Below are positions 7,158 through 16,931 of a DNA stretch of 42,419 nucleotides, piece by piece (positions within the stretch are counted from its first letter, which is position 1; the number at the start of each line of letters is the position of its first letter). Source of the stretch: a virus; IMG/VR virus record IMGVR_UViG_3300045988_017232, positions 1-42,419 of that record; one strand, 5' to 3'. The notes under the pieces are model-generated. The model was given only the letters and a program-made list of their open reading frames with translations, did no database searches and was not told where the DNA came from. The position numbers and the translations under genes are program-made.

Positions 7158-10100
7158 TTATTTTTCTTTCAGCCACTTGTCAATATCCTTGGACTTATCC
7201 GCCCGGTTGAACCCCAGTGCCACATAGGCCGCCAGCAGCTTCTCCTTGAGCTTCTTCCGTTCCTCAGGCGAGGCCGCAATGTACTTCGGCTTGTATTCCG
7301 TCGTGATCGCGTCGCCGATATCGCCCTTCTTGGCTCCGTGGTCGAAGTATTCCTTTGCCGCCGCTTTCAGATCCCCGCCATCTTCGATGGTCTGCAGGAT
7401 CTTGCCGTACTTCGTATAGTCCTTCCCGCCGGTCCACTCCTTGTAGAGCCAGTACGCCTTGTTCTCATCCTCGGCGTAGTCGTTCGCAAGGATCTTCTGA
7501 ATCGCCTTCTCCTGCGTCACGGTCCCGGCGGCGACGGCATCCTTGAGATCCTGCTTCTGCCTCGCTTCCTGCGCGTCCTGGATCTTCTCGTTCATGTAGT
7601 CGATCCGCTCCTGCGTGCTCTTCGGCTCCATCTCCGCCTTCTGCGTATCCCCGGCAAGAACCTGATAATAATACTCTGCCTTCGCCTCATCGCTGATATC
7701 ATAGGCCTTCAGCAGCATCATCTTGTCATAGTTCTTCTCCAGCTTCCGCGCCGCCTGGATGAACGCATAGGTCTCCCGCTGATCCTCGCCTCCCTCGGTC
7801 ATGCCCTGATAGGCGGCAGTCTCCTTCGCGGACATCGACTTGAACCCGCTCTCCACCCAGCTCTGCGCCTCTTCCGTCGCCGTCTTGCCGAACAGCAGCG
7901 CCTGCGCCCAGCTCTTCGCCCGGTCTGCGGGATTGTCGTTATACACGGGATACTGTAAGATGTCGCGCCCCTCGTTGTCGACCGAGTAGCTGCCGCCTTT
8001 CCATGCTGCCACGCCGCCCTGAATCAGCTTTCGCGCCTGCCCGCCTCCGAACGGCGGCACGAGATAGTATGCAGGCTTCGCCAGCTCCCGGCGGATCGTG
8101 TAGCCCCGTTTCTCAGGTGCAATCTCTTTGCTTGTAGCAGCCTTGAAAATCGCTCCCAGATCAGGCAGCGCAGACGCAACCGCGATTCTTCCGTTATCGA
8201 CCTCCAGTCCAAGCATCGTCAGTACCTGCGTGAACGGCAGTTCTCCCAGCAGATTCTGCGTCAGGTTCGCTGCTACGCCGTAGGCGTCTTCCTGCTGCGT
8301 CGTGAAGTCCCACTCGCCCGAGATCATCGCATCGATCGTATTGGGTATCTGATAGCCCGTAATATCACCAACCGTATCGTTTATGATGTCAAACGGGTCT
8401 TGGCCCATTCTTCTTCCAGTCATCGCTTCGTAGGCCTCGTTCAATACCCAGCTTCCAAGCATCCACCCAAACATGGCTTTGCATAAGGCCAGTATGCCTT
8501 TCTTTCGCTCCTCTTGGTATAAATCCTTGAATACCCAGCTTAACGTGTTGTTTACCTCCAGCTGGAACTGCGTGAACAGTTTCACCAGCGGGTTCCGCGC
8601 GGAATACAGCGTCGGCGTCGAGCCTTTGCTGCGGTCTGCCATCACGCCGGCCGCAAACTGGTCCGCCTCCTGCATCGCGCTCGTCTCGCTCATGCCCCTT
8701 TGCAGGTTTTGATAATACCGCGCACGAACGACGCTGCCTGTCGTGAATCTGTCCACAATCTCCATGAGAATACCGGCTTTCTCCGATACCTTATCCATCG
8801 TAGATTCCGCCAGTCTTTCATATCCGGATCTATTGTTTATAAACACTGACGCTGCGCTCAACCCGTCTGCGTTCCAATAGTTTTTCAGCGTTGCCCGCAT
8901 GCCAATCACCATATTCCAGCCGCCTGTCTGGGCTGCTGCCTGTGCAATCGGAATGAAGTTTGTGAGCGCCGAGCCCACGTTGGCCGCGACCATGTTCGCA
9001 CCCACGCGGGACTCGAATTTCTTCATGACGTTGTAGAATCGTCTCCCAAACGTCTTCTCCATGCCCCGGTCGAGCCTCGACTTCTTGCCCGCCAGAAGAT
9101 TCGTATATTCGTCCAGCTCATCCACAAAGTTGGCAAGCCCGTACCGGCCTTCTTTCGTCAGCTTCACTACATCCTCATATACTTCATCCGGGTTGAGGAA
9201 TGGGTTCATCGTGATCGCATCGATTCGTTTCTTTAACCCCTCATCTGACGCCCGATACCGGATCTGCGTCGCCAGCGCCCGCAGCCGCTGAATGTCCGCC
9301 GTGTGGAAGATCACGTCCGTCGCGACCTCGATATACCGGTCAAATCCCTGCAGCGCGTCATACGCCGTCGCGTAGCCAAGTCGGTTCTGGATGTTCGCCA
9401 TGTACCGGATGCCGGGTTTGAAGTTTGCCGTGAGGCCGTTGATCGTCGCCGGCAGCGGCGACACATCGCCCTCGATCCCGGCCGCCCTTGCGAACTTCTG
9501 CAGAATGCTGCCGCCCTCCTCGTTCTCCTGAAAATGCGGGAAGTAACCCTGCAGATAATTGACCGGCTCATAGCCGTTCTCAATGCGCACCCGGTTCATA
9601 TCCTGGAACAGCTTGTCGTAGACCTCATGGAAAACCTTCACGGCTGCCCGCACCTTGCCGAGATCCAGATTCGGATTCTGCTTTTCAAACTCCTGAATCG
9701 CCGCGTTCCACTCGTCAAACGTCATCCCCCCGCGCCTTTCGACACGCGGATGCTGCTTGAGATAGTCCCGGTTGAATTCCGCCTCGCCCAGCCACTGCAC
9801 GGCGTAGCTCTCGGAAACGAGATTCCCCTTCCGCACCTGCCGGTCAAGCTTCAGCTCCCGGATCCTGTCCTGCTGCTCGACCAGATAATTCTTGCGCTTG
9901 CTTTCGTTCTCATGCACGGGCCAGAAATACTTGTTGATAAAAGCATTGGCCTTTTCGTCAGAGACCTTGCCCTTCCGCGCGATATCCCGGATGTTCCGCT
10001 CCATCGTCTCACGCTGATATCGGATCCCCATGGTCTTGTCGACCCACTTGACGGCCTCGGCTTCCGTCAGCGCCTGCTCGGCAAAGTCCCGCAGCCCCTG

Positions 10101-13100
10101 CTTGCGCTGCGCGTTCCATGCCTTGAGCTTCAGCGCCAGCATATCATAGTCAGCCTTTGCCTCGTAGACCTTCAGGATCTGCTGCCCGTTTTCCAGCCCT
10201 GCCACATAATCCGGGCTTGTCTCCCCGCGCAGCAGCCGGTTCACGATCTTCTGGTCGGCTTCCGTCAGCAGCGTCTTGCTTTGCGCTTTCTCGACCACTC
10301 GCCTTGCGTCCTTCAGCTGCGCCCACATCTGCTTTGTTTCTTCCGCTGTCTGCGGAATAGCAAGCTTTTCTTTGGCCTTGTTCTGCGCGTCCAGATACCG
10401 CTGTGCCACGCGCAACCCGCTCGTCAGCCGGTCAATGGATTCCGTGAAATTCGCCTGCTGCCACTTCTTGAAGCTCGCCGCCTGCGGCCCGTAGTATTCG
10501 TCCAGCGTCTTCTGCACCTTCTGAATGCCGCGCGCCACGTCGTAGATCTTCATCAGCTGGTCGCTCGGCGCGGTAATGTCCGCTGGAAACAGCTCCGGCG
10601 CCATTTCCCGAAGCTGCTGATACGCCACATCCACCGGCAAGCCGTCCTTGCTGATCGTCAGCGTCCCCATGGCCGCCTTCCGGAACAGATTGTAGTCCGC
10701 AATATCCTGCCGGTCCTTCTCGGAGATGGAAAGCTTCTGATCCCGGATGAACTTCTTGAGGTCTCCGTATTGCTCGATGTACTGCGTGTCTTCTTCAATG
10801 CCCGCCTGGTAGGCTGTTTCAAAGAGATCGTTCAACTTCGCCCGGTCAAGCTGCCCGTCCGTAAAGAACGTCCGCAGTGCCTCCTCTGCCATCGGCTGCA
10901 AAACCTCCCGCTTCGCCTGCCCCGGCACGCTCAGATTCTCCGCCAGCTCGTTTACCATCCGGGCCTCCAGCCGCCGCACATACTGCGCCGCCTTCTCCCC
11001 CATCAGATCCCGATACCGGCCGTCCTGAGACGAGAATTTCGCCTTCCCGGTATAATCCCCCTGCGGGTTTCTCTGCTCTCCGAATTTTTGCAGCACATCT
11101 TCCGGCAAAATACTCTGGTGTGTACTGTTGACAATTCGGAGCAAATCGGATATACTAATTTTGGCAGCCTTGATAGAGTAAACTCTCTGGGACTTCGTGT
11201 CCGCCTGGCTGCTATTTTTTTGTCTTCCACTTACCGCGTGCGCGACATCGTACACCTCAACCCCAGCGATATTCCCGTTTATCTGTTCTGCTGTAACGAT
11301 TGCAACAAACTCTCTCCCGCGGCTGTCCGTCACATAGGCTGCCATGGCATATGTCCCTGTTACACCTTTTGCCTTATTGTTAAGCGCATTGATTGGTACC
11401 GCATTTTTCACGATATCCCCGATCACCACACCCATCCGTGCGTTTGTCAGCAATCTGTTCTGCTTTCCATTCAGTCCGTGTCGGATACTGCTGTTGTCAA
11501 TTCGCAGCATCTTCCCTGTGTACTGGTTCCTTACAAAGATCTTTCCGTCTCGCTCTGTTCCAACGGCGCGGGCGTTTTTCATACCCTCCTGCACGACCTT
11601 TGCTGTATCGACCCGGTTTTCGGCTCCGCGTACCGCGTCGACCTCCGGCAGCATGGTCACGTCCATATCCGGAAGCGATGTCAGGAAATCGTAGGTATAG
11701 ACGCTTCCGTCTTCCGCAAGGTTGACGCCCTGATAGTTTTTTGTGGTCTGATCCTTCGCAGCGGACATCTTCGCCGGCGGCGCTCTCGCGCTGCCGGATT
11801 TTTTCTGCCACTGGCCGACCTCCATCTTCACGTCCGCGCGCAGCTTGTTCGTGCCGTAGTCCGTGCGGTTCATGCCGGCGTAGGTGTCCGCGATGATCTC
11901 CTCGACGTAGGCGTCCGTGTCGTCGCCGTAGATCCCGGCGTATGCGTCCACGTAGCTCTCGATCATTGCCTTTGTGATCTTGCCCTCAGACAGCAGCCGC
12001 TTCTGGATCTTCGCAGCCATCTCCGGCCAGCGCTTGACAAGCAGGTGATACCCCTCGTGCTTCGCCAGCTCGAACGCAGAATACTCCTCGCTGTCCGCCC
12101 GGATGAGCACGGAGCCATCCTCCGTCACGGCGGCATCCGCATAAAACGTCTGCCCGTCGATCTCCTGCGTCAGCTGCCCGGTGAAGAACCGCGCATTCTG
12201 CACGCCCATCGACCGGAAGAACTTTGCCGCCGCCTGGATATCCTTGCTTCTTCCCTCCTGCCCCTTCGGCATGACGCGCACTTTTTGCGCGTTGTTCTCT
12301 CCGAAACCGAGCTCCGAAAGCGTTACTTCATCCCAAGCCTTTGCGAGATCTCTTGCACCCTGCGCTCTCTTTCTTCCGGCGTCAGCTCTTTGCTGCTGCG
12401 CTGTGCTTTGGCGAACGCCTCCAGCCTGTCCTTCGGCACGCTGACCAGCCTGCCCGATTTGTCCTTCATCAGTAACCTCGATACTGCCATTGCCTGCTCC
12501 TTTCTGCCCTGCGGCAAGGCCCGCTCGATAGGCGGCTGCCGCCACGTCCTGATTCATACCCTCTGCGTAGCGCATGGCCCGCTGCTCGCTCGCGCCGAGC
12601 CTGCCCTGCTCATAGACCTGTCCGAAGCTCTGCGCATACTGCTCCGCCGGCATCCCCGTCGTGTTGCCGTTCAGGAAATACGACGCTGTTATCTCGTCAT
12701 AGCCCGCTCTCCGGGCCTGCTCCTGCAAATACTGTTCTTCCTGCTGCGCAGCCGCTTCGTCCAGCTCCTGCTCCGCGCCCGCCGTCTGCTGCCGGGCATA
12801 CTGCTCCATGTCCAGCTCGCCCATATTCTCTGTCCCCGGAATGGGCGCAAGCAAGCTGTCCTGATCGTACTGCTGCTGCGCCGCCCGCTGCGCCTGCTGA
12901 ACGGCCTGTACAGACTGTTGTGCGCGGCTCTGTTCCTGCTCCTGCTGATATTGCTGTGCAAGCCTCTGGTTTTCCTGTGCCGTCTCCGCAGCGCTCTTGT
13001 AGATCTGGAATGTCTTCTCGTCCGCCCCGGCCTGCGCCTGCTCCTGCCGGGCCTGTTCCTGCAGCTGCTCGAGCCGGGTCAGCGTCTCCGGCACGCGCGG

Positions 13101-15023
13101 CTCCTGCCCTTCGTCCACGGCCGCCTGCTGCTCCTTCGCCACCTCACGCAGCGTGTTCTCCACGGCTTTCTGCGTCACCTCGCCGCCATCGTCCACGGTC
13201 TGCTGCAGTTCCTCGGCCAGCTGGTGCGCCTTCGTGCCCTCTTCCTGCGCCATGCCATAGTCAATGACGTCCTGCACTTCGCCCGCCTCGATGACTGCTC
13301 TGGCCGTCTGCTTTACGTTTGCTTCCAAAATCACGCGGTTCACGCCCGCATACGTCCCGGACATGGCAAGGCCGGACAGGCCGCCCGCGAGGAACGAAAG
13401 GCTGTCTTCTTTTGCGAAGTCTCCGACCATCGCCGCCAGCGCCTGCGCAGGCGTTTTTCCGTCCGCAATGTAAGCCGCGTAGGCAGACATGACCTCACCC
13501 CGGTCATGCTTCGCTACCACATCATACGCGCGGTTGAGCCAGTTGGACGCGATTTCTTCCGCGCCTTCCGACGCGAACGACCGCAGCGCCTTCTTCCACA
13601 CGGCCTTGCCGCTCAGCATGTTCTCGATGATATCGCCCACGGAGTATTTTTCCGTAATGCCCTCGATCGCGCCCTCGACAATGCCGTCGATCAAGGCTTC
13701 CTGATTGGATTTCCCGTTCTGGATCCCCTCATACACGGAGTCCGCCGCGACCTGCGAGCCCATCACCCAGTTCATAGTCTCCGCAACCGCGTCCTTCGCC
13801 CCCGCACCGGCCACGCCGCCGAAGGTTCCCACGAGCCCCGTCGAGACCGCCATGTTGACCGCGCTGTCCAGCGCCGACGTGCCCGCCTGATACAGAAACT
13901 GCCCCGTCGGGTTCATCCCCTGCATCACGCTCCCCCGGATCCCGGAGGAAAGCCGCGTCGCATTGTATGCCGGGCTGTAAACGTTCGTCGGCATATCCTC
14001 GTTCTGATAGCCGCCCGCCCAGCTTGGCAGCACGCTACGCAGCGATTCCACATTGCCCAGCGCCTTCGCCGGGGCTGTCACCGCCGAGAAAAGCGTTCCC
14101 ATGATCGGCGTCTGCTGCCCGATCTGTCGCGCCGCCTCATCAAGCTTCTGCGCGTTCTCATAGTCGTCCAGCACCTTCTGCCATTCCGCGAGCTGCTTCA
14201 GCTTCTCGTCGTCATAGCCCTTCTCGTTCAGCGCCTTCTTCGCGTCGTATTTTGCATACGCCCGCACCTGATACCCGTTCGGTTCCTTCCCGCGGTACTG
14301 CCGGAGCAGATTCTGGTCTTCCTCGCTCAGATTCCCAATTGCCTCCTGCGCCCGGGCCAGCACGCTCTGGCTGTCGACCTGCGCCTTGCGCTCCTGCAGC
14401 GCGTCGATCTCGTTTTGCAGCTGCGTCACGCTCTTTCCGTTCTCAGACAGACCCGTCCCGGAAAAGTGCGTGTCCGCCTGCTCAACCTCACGATTGTAGA
14501 TCTCGCCCTCCAGCAGCTTCGACGTCCGCCGCATGCCGCGCACCTGATCCCGCTCCACGGTTTTCATCGCCCGCGCCCGCTCGACCGCCGCATTCACATC
14601 GTCCATCTGGCTCTTTACCGACGGGCGGAACGCGTTTCCCAGCGCCGCGCTCTGCTGCTGCAGTGCCATCAGCCCAAGCTGCCGCCCCTGCGCCGCCTCC
14701 ACGCCGCGCAGGTAATTCTGGTATGAGCCATACTGTGTCTGCATCGCGGAAGACCGGCTGTATTCCTGCTGCGATACCTTCCCGCTGATTGCCGCCCCCG
14801 CACTCTCCGCCTTTTTCTGCCCGCTCTCGCCATCTCTGGAATAAAGCTGCACAGCGGCGCGATACGCCTCAAACGCCGCCTGCCGTCTGCGCATTTCCTC
14901 GTTCCCGTTCTGTACACCCGCTACAAAATCCGTCCGGTTCATAAGACCGCCGGAAGAACCAGCCGCTTTCGACTGGTTCTTCTCGATGCCGTTCATAAAT
15001 TTCTTCTTCGAGATAAGGCTCAT
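7158..15023 (-). CDS. Giant multidomain virion protein, 2,621 aa (polyvalent / ejection-protein type) with an HExxH motif
   Basis: Single uninterrupted frame. Gly-zipper segments, a Q/E-rich coiled coil (aa about 640-770), HEGYH at aa 989-993 (nt 12045-12059, CAC GAG GGG TAT CAC), and an IRHGLNGK...GTYAMAAYV module (aa about 1150-1260). Confidence 0.85.
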   Translation of the reverse strand: MSLISKKKFMNGIEKNQSKAAGSSGGLMNRTDFVAGVQNGNEEMRRRQAAFEAYRAAVQLYSRDGESGQKKAESAGAAISGKVSQQEYSRSSAMQTQYGSYQNYLRGVEAAQGRQLGLMALQQQSAALGNAFRPSVKSQMDDVNAAVERARAMKTVERDQVRGMRRTSKLLEGEIYNREVEQADTHFSGTGLSENGKSVTQLQNEIDALQERKAQVDSQSVLARAQEAIGNLSEEDQNLLRQYRGKEPNGYQVRAYAKYDAKKALNEKGYDDEKLKQLAEWQKVLDDYENAQKLDEAARQIGQQTPIMGTLFSAVTAPAKALGNVESLRSVLPSWAGGYQNEDMPTNVYSPAYNATRLSSGIRGSVMQGMNPTGQFLYQAGTSALDSAVNMAVSTGLVGTFGGVAGAGAKDAVAETMNWVMGSQVAADSVYEGIQNGKSNQEALIDGIVEGAIEGITEKYSVGDIIENMLSGKAVWKKALRSFASEGAEEIASNWLNRAYDVVAKHDRGEVMSAYAAYIADGKTPAQALAAMVGDFAKEDSLSFLAGGLSGLAMSGTYAGVNRVILEANVKQTARAVIEAGEVQDVIDYGMAQEEGTKAHQLAEELQQTVDDGGEVTQKAVENTLREVAKEQQAAVDEGQEPRVPETLTRLEQLQEQARQEQAQAGADEKTFQIYKSAAETAQENQRLAQQYQQEQEQSRAQQSVQAVQQAQRAAQQQYDQDSLLAPIPGTENMGELDMEQYARQQTAGAEQELDEAAAQQEEQYLQEQARRAGYDEITASYFLNGNTTGMPAEQYAQSFGQVYEQGRLGASEQRAMRYAEGMNQDVAAAAYRAGLAAGQKGAGNGSIEVTDEGQIGQAGQRAEGQAGGVRQSTAQQQRADAGRKRAQGARDLAKAWDEVTLSELGFGENNAQKVRVMPKGQEGRSKDIQAAAKFFRSMGVQNARFFTGQLTQEIDGQTFYADAAVTEDGSVLIRADSEEYSAFELAKHEGYHLLVKRWPEMAAKIQKRLLSEGKITKAMIESYVDAYAGIYGDDTDAYVEEIIADTYAGMNRTDYGTNKLRADVKMEVGQWQKKSGSARAPPAKMSAAKDQTTKNYQGVNLAEDGSVYTYDFLTSLPDMDVTMLPEVDAVRGAENRVDTAKVVQEGMKNARAVGTERDGKIFVRNQYTGKMLRIDNSSIRHGLNGKQNRLLTNARMGVVIGDIVKNAVPINALNNKAKGVTGTYAMAAYVTDSRGREFVAIVTAEQINGNIAGVEVYDVAHAVSGRQKNSSQADTKSQRVYSIKAAKISISDLLRIVNSTHQSILPEDVLQKFGEQRNPQGDYTGKAKFSSQDGRYRDLMGEKAAQYVRRLEARMVNELAENLSVPGQAKREVLQPMAEEALRTFFTDGQLDRAKLNDLFETAYQAGIEEDTQYIEQYGDLKKFIRDQKLSISEKDRQDIADYNLFRKAAMGTLTISKDGLPVDVAYQQLREMAPELFPADITAPSDQLMKIYDVARGIQKVQKTLDEYYGPQAASFKKWQQANFTESIDRLTSGLRVAQRYLDAQNKAKEKLAIPQTAEETKQMWAQLKDARRVVEKAQSKTLLTEADQKIVNRLLRGETSPDYVAGLENGQQILKVYEAKADYDMLALKLKAWNAQRKQGLRDFAEQALTEAEAVKWVDKTMGIRYQRETMERNIRDIARKGKVSDEKANAFINKYFWPVHENESKRKNYLVEQQDRIRELKLDRQVRKGNLVSESYAVQWLGEAEFNRDYLKQHPRVERRGGMTFDEWNAAIQEFEKQNPNLDLGKVRAAVKVFHEVYDKLFQDMNRVRIENGYEPVNYLQGYFPHFQENEEGGSILQKFARAAGIEGDVSPLPATINGLTANFKPGIRYMANIQNRLGYATAYDALQGFDRYIEVATDVIFHTADIQRLRALATQIRYRASDEGLKKRIDAITMNPFLNPDEVYEDVVKLTKEGRYGLANFVDELDEYTNLLAGKKSRLDRGMEKTFGRRFYNVMKKFESRVGANMVAANVGSALTNFIPIAQAAAQTGGWNMVIGMRATLKNYWNADGLSAASVFINNRSGYERLAESTMDKVSEKAGILMEIVDRFTTGSVVRARYYQNLQRGMSETSAMQEADQFAAGVMADRSKGSTPTLYSARNPLVKLFTQFQLEVNNTLSWVFKDLYQEERKKGILALCKAMFGWMLGSWVLNEAYEAMTGRRMGQDPFDIINDTVGDITGYQIPNTIDAMISGEWDFTTQQEDAYGVAANLTQNLLGELPFTQVLTMLGLEVDNGRIAVASALPDLGAIFKAATSKEIAPEKRGYTIRRELAKPAYYLVPPFGGGQARKLIQGGVAAWKGGSYSVDNEGRDILQYPVYNDNPADRAKSWAQALLFGKTATEEAQSWVESGFKSMSAKETAAYQGMTEGGEDQRETYAFIQAARKLEKNYDKMMLLKAYDISDEAKAEYYYQVLAGDTQKAEMEPKSTQERIDYMNEKIQDAQEARQKQDLKDAVAAGTVTQEKAIQKILANDYAEDENKAYWLYKEWTGGKDYTKYGKILQTIEDGGDLKAAAKEYFDHGAKKGDIGDAITTEYKPKYIAASPEERKKLKEKLLAAYVALGFNRADKSKDIDKWLKEK

Positions 15024-15033
15024 TCCGTCCTCC

Positions 15034-16200
15034 TTATTTCCTGCTCTTTGAGACCTTCGCCTGCTTATAGCTGACGCCGCTGTCGATCTTCTGCCCCGTG
15101 CGCTCCCAGATCAGATTCGCAAGGTTGTTCCACTGCTGCTTACTCATCTGGCCTCTCGCATTCACAGCTTCGTCATAGGCCCGCTCCGTGTTCCCCTGCG
15201 CAAGCAGCGTCGAGATCGTCTGCATCACGCCCCTGTAGCTCGCATCCAGCATCGCCACATTTTCTTCCCGGTTCCCGTATCCGTTAATGAGGTTCAGCCC
15301 CACGGAGCTGCTTCCGCCGCCTCCGCCGCCGGATTTCTTCGCTGCCGCCTGCTCCGCCGCCAGCGCCTGCAGGTAGGCAGCGTTTTCGTTGTTGGCCTTC
15401 TGCGCCCAGTAGTTCAGCATCGTCTCCCACTGGCTCTGGTCCAGCGACCGCTCCGAGTTGTACGCGCTCCGCGCATCCGAAAGATCCGAATAATAATCGC
15501 TGACCGTATCCCGGTACCGGCCGTAGTCCGTGTCGTCCCGGCCCTTCACAAGGCTATACTGGCTGTAGAGATCCGTCCCTTCGTCCTGATACCGCTGGTA
15601 TGCCTGCTGCTGCAGCTGCGGCACGATGTCGTTGAGGTTCTGCAGATACGCATTGTATGCCTGCTGGCCCACCTGCTCGCCGTAGGTTGAGCCATAGCCG
15701 CCCGTGAGTGCCGCCGCCTGCCCCATCGTGTCCTGCATGGCCAGCCGCCCGAGGCGCTGATACTGCTCCCGGTACTGCAGATACAGAGGGTCTGTCCCCA
15801 TGTCATAGCTGAATTTCTTCCGGTTCCGGATCTGGTCATACAGGCTCGTCAGTTCATCGTCCCAGCGCGACTGATACGCGTCCGGCTTGCTGGCCTTGAC
15901 CTGCTCCAGATACGCCAGCGCCGCCTGCACGCTGCCCGACGGCATATAGCCTCCCTCCAGTCCGTTCAGCTTGCTTCTCGTGTAGTCCGAAACACCGGAC
16001 ATGGTGTAGGGGCTGTTCCGGGTCTGGTAGCTTCCGCCATAGTTGCGCGTCGTCTGGTTCTTGTTTACCAGCTGCGACTGATAGCTGCCGTCCGCGTTCA
16101 CGCCCGTGATGCGGTACGTGCCGCCGCCGGTCACGACCTCGTCGCCGGCCGAAAGCCCCGCCGGTGCCCTGCCGCCCGACTCTACTCGATATACGCTCAT
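15034..16200 (-). CDS. Virion-associated protein, 388 aa (Q/Y-rich, poly-Gly linker); internal/ejection protein candidate
   Basis: Long clean ORF between the head genes and the giant gene. Contains SGGGGGGSSS. No enzymatic motif seen. Confidence 0.75.
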   Translation of the reverse strand: MSVYRVESGGRAPAGLSAGDEVVTGGGTYRITGVNADGSYQSQLVNKNQTTRNYGGSYQTRNSPYTMSGVSDYTRSKLNGLEGGYMPSGSVQAALAYLEQVKASKPDAYQSRWDDELTSLYDQIRNRKKFSYDMGTDPLYLQYREQYQRLGRLAMQDTMGQAAALTGGYGSTYGEQVGQQAYNAYLQNLNDIVPQLQQQAYQRYQDEGTDLYSQYSLVKGRDDTDYGRYRDTVSDYYSDLSDARSAYNSERSLDQSQWETMLNYWAQKANNENAAYLQALAAEQAAAKKSGGGGGGSSSVGLNLINGYGNREENVAMLDASYRGVMQTISTLLAQGNTERAYDEAVNARGQMSKQQWNNLANLIWERTGQKIDSGVSYKQAKVSKSRK

Positions 16201-16212
16201 AGTCTCACCGCC

Positions 16213-16590
16213 TTAAAGCTTGAAGTGTGTCGCGTACTGCTTCGGCATGTACGCCTGGTTGTAGGCGTTGAAATACCCCTGATAGTAGCTGTTGTATTTC
16301 GCCGCCTCGTTTGCATACTTCGTCGTCTCCCCGTTGGCGTCGCAGATCTTCATCCCCAGATACCAGCGGTAAATTTCATCATACGGCCACGGGATCAGCA
16401 GCTCCGTTTCCAGAGCCACGTCCTCCCCATAGCCCGTGAACGGCTCCGGTTCCTTCTCGTGCTCGTGCGTACAGATGATATCCCGGTACACGATCCCGTC
16501 CAGCTCCGACAGCCACCGGACCTTATCCGGCGTCTCGTACTGGTTCGGCAGTAACCGGTCGACCGTCTCGATTGCTTCTCTGATTTTCAT
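16213..16590 (-). CDS. Hypothetical head-completion/neck protein (125 aa)
   Basis: AAGGAGGGG SD. Assigned from its position after the capsid module; function inferred from position only. Confidence 0.7.
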   Translation of the reverse strand: MKIREAIETVDRLLPNQYETPDKVRWLSELDGIVYRDIICTHEHEKEPEPFTGYGEDVALETELLIPWPYDEIYRWYLGMKICDANGETTKYANEAAKYNSYYQGYFNAYNQAYMPKQYATHFKL

Positions 16591-16602
16591 AGTCCCCTCC
16601 TT

Positions 16603-16631
16603 ACCAAAAGAAGGGGCATTTCTGCCCCTTC
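16603..16631 (-). terminator. Intrinsic terminator/attenuator after the capsid block
   Basis: GAAGGGGCA-gaaa-TGCCCCTTC followed by TTTTGG on the minus strand. Confidence 0.7.
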
Positions 16632-16663
16632 CTCTGCTTCATGCCGTCATGGGCATTTACTTG

Positions 16664-16915
16664 TCAGTTGTCCGCCTGCGCGCGGCGGAAGGCTTCCTCC
16701 TCCGCCATCCGCGCGTTCATCAGAACCTCATACACCGGCAGCGGGACCTGCACGTCCTTGCCCTTCGGCACCATGAACGTCCGTCCGTTTACCGCCACAA
16801 AGCGGCTCTGCTCCTCGTTCTCCTGCCCGCGGGGCAGATAGATCGTCTTCATGACGTCCCACACGTCTTCCGGGTTTGCCTGTGCAGCCGCCGCAGCGGT
16901 CTTCTCAGTTGCCAT
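16664..16915 (-). CDS. Small protein following the major capsid gene (83 aa); decoration/accessory candidate
   Basis: Clean ORF with GC3 bias, immediately downstream of the capsid gene. Confidence 0.7.
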   Translation of the reverse strand: MATEKTAAAAAQANPEDVWDVMKTIYLPRGQENEEQSRFVAVNGRTFMVPKGKDVQVPLPVYEVLMNARMAEEEAFRRAQADN

Positions 16916-16931
16916 TGTATGTGCTCCTTTC

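Noticed and set aside
9303-14726. 1,807-aa stop-free ORF on the plus strand, antisense to the giant gene
   Set aside because: The translation is Arg/Leu/Pro/His-rich nonsense with no SD-linked start. It is fully contained in a minus-strand gene that has coherent domains. A strong GC3 bias depletes the reverse complements of stop codons, which gives long phantom antisense frames.
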